From assembly GCF_021246445.1 (NCBI RefSeq), contig NZ_JAJQXW010000001.1, positions 744,001 through 808,000 of the forward strand: a DNA stretch of 64,000 nt, given 5' to 3'. Positions 34,592 to 43,782 of the stretch are shown piece by piece. Origin of the DNA: Rhabdothermincola salaria (GTDB taxonomy: Bacteria; Actinomycetota; Acidimicrobiia; Acidimicrobiales; Acidimicrobilacustridaceae). A program made the translations under genes and the position numbers. Below the pieces are notes generated by a model. It made no database searches. It saw only the letters and a program-made list of their open reading frames with translations, and had not been told where the DNA came from. Positions within the stretch are counted from its first letter, which is position 1. Each line of letters starts with the position of its first letter.

Positions 34592-35644
34592 ATGACGACG
34601 CAACGACCGCCGTATCGCGTGGTGCAGTGGACCACGGGCAACGTGGGCCGACGATCCGTGCGGGCGGTGGCAGCCCGCCCCGACCTCGAACTGGTCGGTT
34701 GCTACGCATGGAGCGCCGACAAGGCGGGGCGCGACGTGGGTGAGCTGTGCGGACTCGAGCCCCTGGGCGTGACCGCCACCGACGACGTCGAGGCCCTGCT
34801 CGCCCTCCGACCCGACTGCGTCGTCTACAACCCGATGTGGCCCGACGTCGACGAGATGGCGCGCATCCTGGCCGCCGGCGTCGACATCGTCAGCACGGCC
34901 GGCTTCATCACGGGCCATGCCTTGGGCGCGGGCCGCGACCGCCTGCTGGCGGCCTGCGAGACGGGGGGTTCCACGCTGTTCGGCTCGGGCATGAACCCCG
35001 GTTTCGCCAACCTCATCGCCCTGGTGTCCACGGGCATCTGCGACCGGGTCGAGCGCATCACCGTGCTCGAGTCGGTCGACTCCACCGGCTACGACTCACC
35101 GGACACCGAGCTGAAGGTGGGCTTCGCCCAACCGATCGACGCCCCCGGGCTGGCCGAGATGACCCGAGAGGGCACCGCCGTGTTCGGCGATGCCGTGCAC
35201 ATGATGGCCGACGCCCTCGGAGTCGACCTCGACGAGGTCCGGTTCGAGGCCGAGTACGCCCGCACCACCCACGCCCTCGACCTCGGCTCGTGGACGATCC
35301 CGGCCGACGGCGTGGCCGGCGTGGCCGCCAGCTGGCAGGGCTGGGTCGACGGTCGCTGCCTCATCGACCTGCGGGTGCGGTGGCGCAAGGGCCGGACGCT
35401 CGACCCGGATTGGCCGGTCGAACACGGGTACGTCATCGACGTCGAAGGTCAGCCCCGGGTCCACACCAAGGTGGAGGTGGCCCCGCCCCCCGACTTCCAG
35501 GCCACCTCCTTCGCCGACTTCATGGTGCTGGGCATGATCATGACGGCCATGCCGGCGGTCGACGCCATCCCCGCGGTGTGCCAGGCGCGTCCCGGCATCG
35601 TGACCTACGCCGACCTGCCGCTGATCGCCGCTCGCCCCTCCTGA
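34592..35644 (+). CDS. DapB-like / NAD(P)H-dependent amine dehydrogenase family oxidoreductase
   Basis: RVVQWTTGNVG, K.G.D.GELCG, GSGMNPG, AIPAVCQARPGI. Confidence 0.82.
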   Translation: MTTQRPPYRVVQWTTGNVGRRSVRAVAARPDLELVGCYAWSADKAGRDVGELCGLEPLGVTATDDVEALLALRPDCVVYNPMWPDVDEMARILAAGVDIVSTAGFITGHALGAGRDRLLAACETGGSTLFGSGMNPGFANLIALVSTGICDRVERITVLESVDSTGYDSPDTELKVGFAQPIDAPGLAEMTREGTAVFGDAVHMMADALGVDLDEVRFEAEYARTTHALDLGSWTIPADGVAGVAASWQGWVDGRCLIDLRVRWRKGRTLDPDWPVEHGYVIDVEGQPRVHTKVEVAPPPDFQATSFADFMVLGMIMTAMPAVDAIPAVCQARPGIVTYADLPLIAARPS

Positions 35645-35686
35645 GCGCGGGTTCTGCCCCGATGCGGCGATGGGCACGAACCCAGG

Positions 35687-35848
35687 ATGAGCGAGAACGA
35701 CGAGAACCGTGAGTACGAGCAAGGCGATCCGCTACAAGGGGCGGTCGATCGGCGCGACGGCACCGACGACGCCTACGCCGAGGTGTCCGACGAGCTGTCC
35801 GAGGCCATCGGCCTCGCCGACGACGACCCGGTGAGCAACGACACCTGA
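35687..35848 (+). CDS. 53-aa highly acidic small protein (not in the ORF track)
   Basis: MSENDENREYEQGDPLQGAVDRRDGTDDAYAEVSDELSEAIGLADDDPVSNDT; mostly G/C third positions; fills the intergenic gap. Confidence 0.5.
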   Translation: MSENDENREYEQGDPLQGAVDRRDGTDDAYAEVSDELSEAIGLADDDPVSNDT

Positions 35849-35889
35849 GCCTCGAGCAGGATGGGCACGACGGTCCGACGGGACGAACG

Positions 35890-36291
35890 TCAGGTGTCGT
35901 CGACGTCGATCGGGGGCAGGTCGGGAGGAGGGAGGCCCTTGAGCTGCTCGAGGCGGCGGCGGTCGCGCTTGGTGGGCCGGCCCGTCCCTCGGTCACGCAG
36001 CCCTGCGGGGCCGGCCATGACCCGGGGAGGGGGCGGGGGCGACTGGTCGACGTAGCAGGTGGCGGCCACCGCCGCACCCACCCGCTTCTCGATGGGCTCG
36101 AGCACCTCGAAGACCCGGTCCCGGCCGTGGGCTCGCACGTCGACCCGGCGGCCGGCGGCGACGGTCGTGGCCGCCTTGGCGGGGCGGCCGTCGACGCGGA
36201 CGTGACCGGCGCGGCAGGCGGCGGTGGCCTCCGATCGGGTCTTGAACACCCTGATGGCCCACAACCAACGGTCCACCCTCGCCTGGTCCAT
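35890..36291 (-). CDS. RNA-binding S4 domain protein (Hsp15/HslR-like)
   Basis: RVDRWLWAIRVFKTRSEA..AC..GHV, GRPTKRDRR. Confidence 0.9.
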   Translation of the reverse strand: MDQARVDRWLWAIRVFKTRSEATAACRAGHVRVDGRPAKAATTVAAGRRVDVRAHGRDRVFEVLEPIEKRVGAAVAATCYVDQSPPPPPRVMAGPAGLRDRGTGRPTKRDRRRLEQLKGLPPPDLPPIDVDDT

Positions 36292-36349
36292 GACCACAGT
36301 CTCCCTCCCTCGGCGCGCCACCGCGTCGCGGCGTGACAGGATCGACGCC

Positions 36350-36775
36350 ATGGAACTGACCCACTTCGCCTCGCTGACCCTCGGCCTCGCCTCCGACCGG
36401 CTCTACATGCTCGGCGCCACCCCCGCCGGCACCCGGATCATCCAGGAGATCGCCTCGGCCCGCCTCGAGGGCGAGAAGGTCAAGGCCTCCATGGTGGGCC
36501 AGGCCGGTGCCGACTGGTTGGCGGTCGACGCCTCCGGCGTCGCCACCTTCGACATCCGCATGACCCTCGAGACCGATGACGGGGCCGTGCTCTACCTGGC
36601 CTACGAAGGTCGGGCCGACTGGAGCGGCGGCATGGGGCAGGCGCCCGTGTACGTGGGCATGCAGTTCGAGGCGGGCGACGAGCGCTACCGCTGGCTCAAC
36701 GGCCTGCAGCTCTTCGGTCGCGGCGAGGTCGGCGGCGGCGGGGCTCTCACCTACGAGATCTACCAGCCCCACTGA
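36350..36775 (+). CDS. DUF3237 family protein
   Basis: GATPAGTR, GADW, DIR..LETDDGA, FEAGDERYRWLN. Confidence 0.82.
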   Translation: MELTHFASLTLGLASDRLYMLGATPAGTRIIQEIASARLEGEKVKASMVGQAGADWLAVDASGVATFDIRMTLETDDGAVLYLAYEGRADWSGGMGQAPVYVGMQFEAGDERYRWLNGLQLFGRGEVGGGGALTYEIYQPH

Positions 36776-36789
36776 GGACGGATCGACGC

Positions 36790-37215
36790 ATGGCGGAGGA
36801 GCCCGCAACAGGATCGCCCACCACGATGTCGGGCGACAGCGCGTTCGCGCAGGCCGTGGGCCTCGAGCTCGACGAGGTCGGGCCCACCCGCGTGGTGGGC
36901 CACATCGACCTCGGCGCCGAGCACCACCAGCCCATGGGCCTCGTGCATGGCGGTGTCTACTGCGCGGCGATCGAGGCGGCGGCCAGCATCGGGGCCAGCA
37001 TCTCGGCCCAGGAGCGGGGCCTGAGCGTCGTGGGTGTGAACAACAACACGCACTTCGTCGCCGGCATCAGCGAAGGTCGTGTCACCGTCGTGGCCGAGCC
37101 CATCGTCCAGGGCCGCACCCAACAGCTCTGGAGCGTCGACATCCGACGGGCCTCCGACGATCGTCTGGTCGCCACCGGCCAGCTGCGGGTGCAGAACGTG
37201 GAGCCGCGCCGCTGA
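36790..37215 (+). CDS. PaaI family thioesterase
   Basis: HHQPMGLVHGGVY, VGVNNNTHF, GRTQQLW. Confidence 0.9.
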   Translation: MAEEPATGSPTTMSGDSAFAQAVGLELDEVGPTRVVGHIDLGAEHHQPMGLVHGGVYCAAIEAAASIGASISAQERGLSVVGVNNNTHFVAGISEGRVTVVAEPIVQGRTQQLWSVDIRRASDDRLVATGQLRVQNVEPRR

Positions 37216-37228
37216 AGCCCCGCCCAGG

Positions 37229-38017
37229 TCACTCCGCAGCAGCCGACAGCTCCCGCACGGAGTGCACGGGCACCGCGCCCAAGGCGGACAGCAGGTCGGC
37301 GCGGTCGGCGGCGGCGATCTCCACCACGAGGCCGGTGCCGAGGTGGCGGGTCTCCATCCGCTGTCCTCGGTAGACCGCGGTGGTCGTCCACGACGTCGGG
37401 GCCTCACCCACCAGCTCCCCGATGGCGGCGAGGACCGGTCGCGCCGCGGCGGCGTGCTCCGCCGCCACCGTCACCTCGATCAGCTGGCGACCGGCGTCCC
37501 CGAGCGTCCCGGGTGGCGACAGCGGGGCGGGCGAGGACGGGCCCGGCTGTGACATGGCCGCGATGTCGCCCGGGGCCGGGTGGGAGGTGTCGTCGTCAGG
37601 AGTCGACGACGGTGGCCCGGCGGGGGCAGGCGCCGAGGCCGCCGCCATGCGCTCGAGGAGGTACCGCGTGGCGTCGAGCGCGCGGGTGCGCAGGTCTCGG
37701 GCCACGTCCAGCCGTCCGCGCGACATCGCCGCATACGGGCGCAGCGTGAACCCGGTGACCGCCCCGTCGTGGTCGGGACGGGTCCAGTCGATCGCGGTCG
37801 ACGGCGGGGGCTGGGGGACCAGGCCCACGAATCCGAGCGCTCGCAGGTGTCCGAGCAGCTCGAGCGGGGGCGCGCAGCCGTCGTAGCTGATCTCGACCTC
37901 CGGGGGTGCGGTCCCCTCGACGTGGAGCGTGAGCGCTGCGCCGAGAGAGGTGAGGGTGAACGTCGAAGAGGGCACCCCACCGGATCGTCGTGGCGGGATC
38001 GGTGCTTGAGGCGGCAT
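37229..38017 (-). CDS. Hypothetical protein with possible degenerate PII-like C-terminal domain
   Basis: Fills the gap between convergent thioesterase and divergent galE; Pro-rich linker; TAVYRG segment. Start uncertain (38017 or 37975). Confidence 0.55.
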   Translation of the reverse strand: MPPQAPIPPRRSGGVPSSTFTLTSLGAALTLHVEGTAPPEVEISYDGCAPPLELLGHLRALGFVGLVPQPPPSTAIDWTRPDHDGAVTGFTLRPYAAMSRGRLDVARDLRTRALDATRYLLERMAAASAPAPAGPPSSTPDDDTSHPAPGDIAAMSQPGPSSPAPLSPPGTLGDAGRQLIEVTVAAEHAAAARPVLAAIGELVGEAPTSWTTTAVYRGQRMETRHLGTGLVVEIAAADRADLLSALGAVPVHSVRELSAAAE

Positions 38018-38174
38018 CCGCGACACCTCGATGAAGGCCTGCTGTCGGCCATCTGACCTCAGGGGCCGGGCAACGGTCCGGGCGCGGCGGCCACCGGTCG
38101 CGTGGAGGCCTCCGGCGGTGGCATCCTGCAGGGATGCACGGGGACCAGCCAGGCAGACGGAGGCGGGCGCCACG

Positions 38175-39197
38175 ATGAGCGGCGCCGTCCTGCTCACCGG
38201 TGGTGCCGGCTACATCGGCAGCCACACCTGCCTGGTCCTGCTCGAAGCGGGCCACGACGTCGTGGTGGTCGACGACCTGTCCAACGCCAGCGAGGAGTCG
38301 CTGCGGCGGGTGGCCGAGCTCACCGGCCGTCCCGTGGCCTTCCACCAGGTCGACCTGCGCGACACCGAGGCCCTCGACGCGGTGGTGGCCGAGCACCCGA
38401 TCGAGTCGGTCGTGCACTTCGCCGGGCTGAAAGCGGTCGGGGAGTCGGTGGAACAACCCCTGCGCTACTACGACGTCAACGTCGGCGGCACCGTGAGCCT
38501 TCTGGACGTGCTGCAGCGCCGTGGCATCCGCCGCCTGGTGTTCTCCTCGTCGGCCACCGTCTACGGCGAACCCGAGACCGTCCCCATCGACGAGGCCGCG
38601 CCCGTCGGCGCCACCAACCCCTACGGCCGCACCAAGCTCGTGATCGAGCAGATCCTCGCCGACGTCGCCGTCGCCGACCCGGCGTGGCACATGGTGGCCC
38701 TTCGCTACTTCAACCCGGTGGGCGCCCACCCCAGCGGGCGCATCGGCGAGGACCCCCGCGGCATCCCCAACAACCTCATGCCGTTCGTGATGCAGGTGGC
38801 CGTCGGGCGCCGCGACGAGCTCGTGGTCTTCGGCGACGACTACCCGACCCCCGACGGCACCTGCGTGCGCGACTACATCCACGTGATGGACCTCGCCGAG
38901 GGCCACCGCGCCGCCCTCGACCGCCTCGACGACCTCCCCGGCTACCGACCCGTCAACCTGGGGACGGGCTCGGGATCGACGGTGCTCGAGGTGGTGGCGG
39001 CCGCGTCGCGCGCCGTGGGGCGCCGATTGCCCCGCCGGGTGGGTGACCGGCGGGCCGGGGACGTGGTCGCCAGCTTCGCCGACCCCTCCCGGGCCCAGCA
39101 GGTGCTCGGTTGGCAGGCCGGTCGTGGCCTCGACGAGATGTGCGCCGACGCCTGGCGTTGGCAGTCGAACAACCCGCAGGGCTACGCCACGCCCTGA
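38175..39197 (+). CDS. galE: UDP-glucose 4-epimerase
   Basis: TGGAGYIGSH, HFAGLKAVGESV, YGRTK, LRYFNPVGAH, RDYIHV. Confidence 0.96.
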   Translation: MSGAVLLTGGAGYIGSHTCLVLLEAGHDVVVVDDLSNASEESLRRVAELTGRPVAFHQVDLRDTEALDAVVAEHPIESVVHFAGLKAVGESVEQPLRYYDVNVGGTVSLLDVLQRRGIRRLVFSSSATVYGEPETVPIDEAAPVGATNPYGRTKLVIEQILADVAVADPAWHMVALRYFNPVGAHPSGRIGEDPRGIPNNLMPFVMQVAVGRRDELVVFGDDYPTPDGTCVRDYIHVMDLAEGHRAALDRLDDLPGYRPVNLGTGSGSTVLEVVAAASRAVGRRLPRRVGDRRAGDVVASFADPSRAQQVLGWQAGRGLDEMCADAWRWQSNNPQGYATP

Positions 39198-39254
39198 TCG
39201 CCCGTCGACCCGGCTCCGGGCCGCCGCTGGCGGGCGACGCCCGGGAACCCGGGC

Positions 39255-40214
39255 TCAGGCGGCGGGATGGTCGGCGTACCAGGCGCGCAGCCGGGTGAAG
39301 CCCTCGTCGAGGCCCACCCGCGGCCGCCAGCCGAGCACCCGGTGGGTCTCACGCTGGTCGAACCAGTGGGCCACCGAGAGCTGGCGGGCGGCGAAGTGCG
39401 TGAGGGGTGGCTCGTCGCCTCGCCAGACCCGTTCGACGGTGCGCCCCACCCACGCCGCCACCGGTGCTGGAACGCGGCGCGGGGCGGCGTCGACGCCGGC
39501 CGCGGCGAGGATGGCGGCGACCAGGTCCCGCACCGGACGTGGTTCGCCACCGGTGACCAGCCAGGCCCGGCCGGTGGCCTCGTCGCCGGCGGTCGTGTGG
39601 TCGAGGGCGGCCACGAGGGCGTCGGCGGCGTCGTCGACGTAGGTGGAGTCGATGAGGGCGCGCCCCCCGTCGGGCAGCGCCAGGCGCCCGGCTCGGGCCC
39701 GCTCGACGATCCGGCCGACGAGCTGGGTGTCGCCCGGGCCCCAGACGAGGTGGGGCCGTACGACCACCGTGGGCACCGGTGGGTCGGCGAGCACCAGCCT
39801 CTCGGCGACCGCCTTGGAGCGGGCGTATCCGTCGCGGCCGACGTAGTCGGCGGGTTCGGCGCCCACGCCGACGGCCGGGGCATCGTGGAAGGCCACCGAC
39901 GGCGTGGACACGTGCACGAACCGCCCGCTGCGCCGGGCCGCTTCGCGGGCGTGGATCGTGCCGTGCAGGTTGACGGCCAGGAAGTCCGCCCACGGAGCCC
40001 GGGGCACGACCAGGGCGGCCAGATGGACGACGGCGTCGTGGCCGGCGGCCGCCCCCAGCAGGGCGTCACGGTCGCGCACGTCTCCCGCCACGTCGCGCAG
40101 GCCGGTGCCCGAGGGGCGACGCTGGAAGCAGGTGACGTCGTCGCCCCGTTCGGCCAGGGCGGTGGCCACCCGTCCGCCGAGCAGGCTGGAGGCGCCGGTG
40201 ACGAGGACCCTCAT
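39255..40214 (-). CDS. oleD: OleD-like 2-alkyl-3-oxoalkanoate reductase (extended SDR)
   Basis: MRVLVTGAS.LLG, HVSTPSV, YARSK, RPHLVWGPGDTQL, QLSVAHWFD; ATGA overlap with oleBC. Confidence 0.82.
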   Translation of the reverse strand: MRVLVTGASSLLGGRVATALAERGDDVTCFQRRPSGTGLRDVAGDVRDRDALLGAAAGHDAVVHLAALVVPRAPWADFLAVNLHGTIHAREAARRSGRFVHVSTPSVAFHDAPAVGVGAEPADYVGRDGYARSKAVAERLVLADPPVPTVVVRPHLVWGPGDTQLVGRIVERARAGRLALPDGGRALIDSTYVDDAADALVAALDHTTAGDEATGRAWLVTGGEPRPVRDLVAAILAAAGVDAAPRRVPAPVAAWVGRTVERVWRGDEPPLTHFAARQLSVAHWFDQRETHRVLGWRPRVGLDEGFTRLRAWYADHPAA

Positions 40215-42709
40215 CGGCCGGCCAGGAGGGCGTCGGCGGCGGCGGCGAGGGCAGCCCGATCGACCTTGGAGCGGTGGCGGACGTCGACCGGCAGGGGCCC
40301 GGCGAGCACGGCCGCGACGGGATGGGCGGCGGCGGCGCGCACCGCGTCGGTGGTCGTGGCGTCGGCCAGCCCCAGGCGGCCGGGTTGGTCGACGACGACG
40401 ACCAGCACCTGGTTGCCGACCGGCCCGACGCCGACCGCGGCCACCGGGCGACCGAGCGCCTCGGCGATGGGCTGTTCGACGGCGACGCTGGCGAGAGGCT
40501 CGGGGTCCGACCACACGACGTGGGCCAACCGCCCCAGCTGGAACAGGCGACCCTCGTCGTCGGCGTAGCCGACGTCGCCGGTGCGATGGAACCGCCGGCC
40601 CTGGCGGTGCACCGTGGCGTCGGTGTCGGTGCGCCAACGTCGGTCGTAGCCGTCGCGCATCCACGGCGCGGAGACGAGGAGCTCACCCCACTGCCCCGCG
40701 GGAAGGGCCTCGCCGTCGGGGTCGTCGAGCGGTACGACCAGCACCTCGGCCCCCACGAGCGGCCAGCCCGTGGCGGTGCCCCCGAGCGGTCCGGGTCGGG
40801 TGGCGTCGGTGCCGTCGGTGACGGGCATGGCCTCGGTCATCCCGTACGGGGCTCGCACGTCGGCGCCGGTGACGGCGGTGATGCCCCGGGCCAGGTCGGC
40901 ATCGATGGGCGCGCCGGCCAGCATCACCAGGCGCAACGGCGCCCGGCGACCCTCGGCGGTCGCCACGATGCGACGCGCCGAGGCGGGGGAGAGCCAGGCC
41001 ACCCCGACGTCGTGGCCCTCGCAGGCGGCGACCAGCCGGTCGAGGTCGAGGTCGCCCGGGCGGGTCACGTCGATGTCGGGGAGCACACAGGGCACCCCCA
41101 GAGCCGGGCCGAGCAGGACGAACGGGGCGAAGGACGTGGTGAAGGCCTCGTCGCCGGTCATGGCGAACGACGACGCCACCACGTCTCGCTGGTGGGCCAG
41201 GGCCCCGTGGCGGTATCGCACCGGCTTGGCCGGGCCGGTGGCGCCCGAGGTGTGGACCACGGCGGCGACGTCGTCGGGGCCGAGGGCGGGAAGGGGAGCA
41301 GGGGCGCCGAGCAGGGGGGCGGCGAGCGCCAACGCGCCGGGGACGCGGTCGAGCGAGGCCCGCCGGGCCCCGGGGGTGAGACCGAGCAGGCGGGCGGCGA
41401 CGAGCGTGCGGCGGGTGCCGACGACCCAGGAGGGCGTGGCCCCGCGCAGGGCGTGGCGCAGGCCCTTGGGTCCGAGGCCGGCATCGGCCACGACGAGGAC
41501 GCCGCCGGCCTTCCAGATGCCGTAGGCCACCACCAACATGTCGCCGGACGGTGGCACCAGCAGGGCGACGCGGTCGCCCTGGGCCAGGCCGGCACCGAGC
41601 AGGCGACGGGCCACCATGTCACTGCGGGCGGCGAGCTCGGCCCACGTGACCGACCCGTCGGGACCGGTGTAGGCCGCACTGGTGTGGTCGGCGCGTTCGC
41701 CGAGGGCGGCGGTGACCGCTCGGAATCGGGCCTCGTCGGGGGCGGCGGTCGGGCCGGCGCTCGGCGCGTCGGTTGCGACGGCATCGGTCTCGGCGCTGTC
41801 GAGGTCGGGGGGTTCGGCGAGGACCCCGTCGAGCCAGGCCGCGGCCACCTCGCCGATGGGCTCGTCGAGGGGGACGAGGTGCCCGGCCCGGGGGAAGCGG
41901 TGGACGTCGGCATGGGGCGCCCGCTCGAGCAGGTCGGCCAGGAAGCGGTCGTGGAACACCGGGTCGCGTCCGCCCCACACCAACAGCAACGGGACGTCGA
42001 GCGCGGCGAGGGCGTCCGCGCTGCGGCCCAGGGCCGCCCATGACGGGTCCGACGGATCGAGAGGGATGTCGGCGACGAAGCGGGCCACCGCCTCCCGGCG
42101 ATCTGCAGCCCCGTACGGAGCCCGCAGCGCCGCCCGGTGCTCGGCGGCGGTCATCGCCGCGGTACCGGCCACGAACAGCGGTGTGCGCCGACAGGCCAGG
42201 TCGACCATCCGGCGGGCGGTGGCGATCAGAGGGGGGACGGCAACCCCCTCCGGCTTGGCCACGGCGGTGTTGGCCAGCACGACGGCCTGCACCGTCAGCT
42301 CGGCGGAGGCCCCCACCGCGATCGGACCGCCCCAGTCGTGGGCCATGAGCACCAGCGGTCCGGACACCTCCTGGCGGCAGAAGGCCACGAGCTCGTCGAC
42401 CCGCTCGGCCATGCTGCGGGGTCCGGTGCGCTCGGACCAGCCCATGTTCGTCTGGTCCACGGCCACCACCCGCCAGTCGGGTGAGAGCCGGCGCAGGACG
42501 TCGCGCCAGAGGTAGCCCCAGGTCGGGTTGCCGTGGACGCAGACGATGGTGCCCTTCGGGCCCGGGCCGGTGTCCAGGACGTGCCAGTCGACCGTCCGAC
42601 CATCGGCACCGGTGATGGTGATCCGGCGGGACCAGGCGGGGTCGAGGCCCCAGCGGCGCAGGTCATCGGCCGCGGGCGAGATGGCTCCGGGCGCGTCCGG
42701 TGGGGTCAC
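40211..42709 (-). CDS. oleBC: OleBC fusion: beta-lactone decarboxylase (alpha/beta hydrolase) plus beta-lactone synthetase (AMP-binding)
   Basis: HGNPTWGYLWR, HDWGG, DPVF; HTSGATGPAK, PYGMTE, HRTGDVG, PVDVRHRSKVDR. Confidence 0.85.
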   Translation of the reverse strand: MTPPDAPGAISPAADDLRRWGLDPAWSRRITITGADGRTVDWHVLDTGPGPKGTIVCVHGNPTWGYLWRDVLRRLSPDWRVVAVDQTNMGWSERTGPRSMAERVDELVAFCRQEVSGPLVLMAHDWGGPIAVGASAELTVQAVVLANTAVAKPEGVAVPPLIATARRMVDLACRRTPLFVAGTAAMTAAEHRAALRAPYGAADRREAVARFVADIPLDPSDPSWAALGRSADALAALDVPLLLVWGGRDPVFHDRFLADLLERAPHADVHRFPRAGHLVPLDEPIGEVAAAWLDGVLAEPPDLDSAETDAVATDAPSAGPTAAPDEARFRAVTAALGERADHTSAAYTGPDGSVTWAELAARSDMVARRLLGAGLAQGDRVALLVPPSGDMLVVAYGIWKAGGVLVVADAGLGPKGLRHALRGATPSWVVGTRRTLVAARLLGLTPGARRASLDRVPGALALAAPLLGAPAPLPALGPDDVAAVVHTSGATGPAKPVRYRHGALAHQRDVVASSFAMTGDEAFTTSFAPFVLLGPALGVPCVLPDIDVTRPGDLDLDRLVAACEGHDVGVAWLSPASARRIVATAEGRRAPLRLVMLAGAPIDADLARGITAVTGADVRAPYGMTEAMPVTDGTDATRPGPLGGTATGWPLVGAEVLVVPLDDPDGEALPAGQWGELLVSAPWMRDGYDRRWRTDTDATVHRQGRRFHRTGDVGYADDEGRLFQLGRLAHVVWSDPEPLASVAVEQPIAEALGRPVAAVGVGPVGNQVLVVVVDQPGRLGLADATTTDAVRAAAAHPVAAVLAGPLPVDVRHRSKVDRAALAAAADALLAGR

Positions 42710-42717
42710 GGGTCGCC

Positions 42718-43731
42718 CTACCAGACCAGCTCGACGACCGAGCAGTTGAGGCCGGATCCGATGCCCATCAGCAGCACCCGATCGCCGGGTGAGAGGTCGT
42801 CGGCGACGGTGGAGAGCGTGTAGGGGACCGCCGCCGGGCCGATGTTGCCGAACTCCGGATAGGTGAGGGGCACCTTGTCGGGGTCGATGCCGAGCAGCTC
42901 GCAGAGCTTGGAGGTGTGCACGGAGGAGACCTGGTGCATCACGTAGCGGTCGCAGTCGAGCCACGCCCAGCCCTCGGCGAGGGCGGCGTCGAGGGTCTCT
43001 CTGGCCAGGTCGAGCCCACCCACCAGGAGCGCCGCGGTGTCGGTGCGCATCTGGTCGAGGTCGCCGACGCACAGGTCGTGGTGCTCGGTGGCGGCCCGGG
43101 TCACCCCGCCCAGGAAGGCGTGGCTGCCCTCGCGAGGCGGGCCCATGACCATGGCGGCCGCTCCCGAGCCGAGGGTGAGCGAGGCGAACTGGTCGAACAC
43201 GTCGGTGAGGGTCGTGGAGTCGGCCTGAAGCCGTTCGATGGTGGTGCGCTGGGTGTGGCGGCTGCCCTCGCCGTCGACGATGAGCACGGTGCGGGCCCGG
43301 CCCCCCTCGATCGCGGTGGCGGCCAGGGTCATGGCGTTCACGAACCCGAGGCAGGCGTTGCCGAGGTCGAAGTTGGCGCAGGTGGCCGGCAGGTCGAGCT
43401 GGTGGTGCACGGCACAGGCTACGGAGGGCTCGAGGTGGTGCTTGCAGACCGACGTGGAGATCAACATGTCGATCTCGTGGGGGTCGACGCCGGCGGCGTC
43501 GATGGCCTTCTGGCCGGCGATGGCCGCAGCCTGGTCGAAGGTGACGTCCTCGGGCCACCACCTCCGGGCCTCGATGCCGGCCACCGAGGTCAGCAGTCCC
43601 GGGCGGACCCCCACCCGTTCGTAGGTCTCGGCAAGCTGCTCGTCGATCCAGTCCGAGGTCACGACCTCGGGAGCTTCGGCATGGGCGACCGACCAGATGT
43701 GGGCGCGCGTGAAGGCGGAGGGGGGAGCCAC
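42718..43731 (-). CDS. oleA: OleA condensing enzyme (thiolase/KAS III fold)
   Basis: LEPSVA, NACLGF, FASLTLGSGA, HQVS, GNIGPA, GIGSGLNC; heads the oleBC-oleD run. Confidence 0.88.
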   Translation of the reverse strand: MAPPSAFTRAHIWSVAHAEAPEVVTSDWIDEQLAETYERVGVRPGLLTSVAGIEARRWWPEDVTFDQAAAIAGQKAIDAAGVDPHEIDMLISTSVCKHHLEPSVACAVHHQLDLPATCANFDLGNACLGFVNAMTLAATAIEGGRARTVLIVDGEGSRHTQRTTIERLQADSTTLTDVFDQFASLTLGSGAAAMVMGPPREGSHAFLGGVTRAATEHHDLCVGDLDQMRTDTAALLVGGLDLARETLDAALAEGWAWLDCDRYVMHQVSSVHTSKLCELLGIDPDKVPLTYPEFGNIGPAAVPYTLSTVADDLSPGDRVLLMGIGSGLNCSVVELVW

Positions 43732-43782
43732 CAGGGCAGGTTACGGCGTGAGGGCGCTGACACCGACGGGGGCGGCCCCCGA

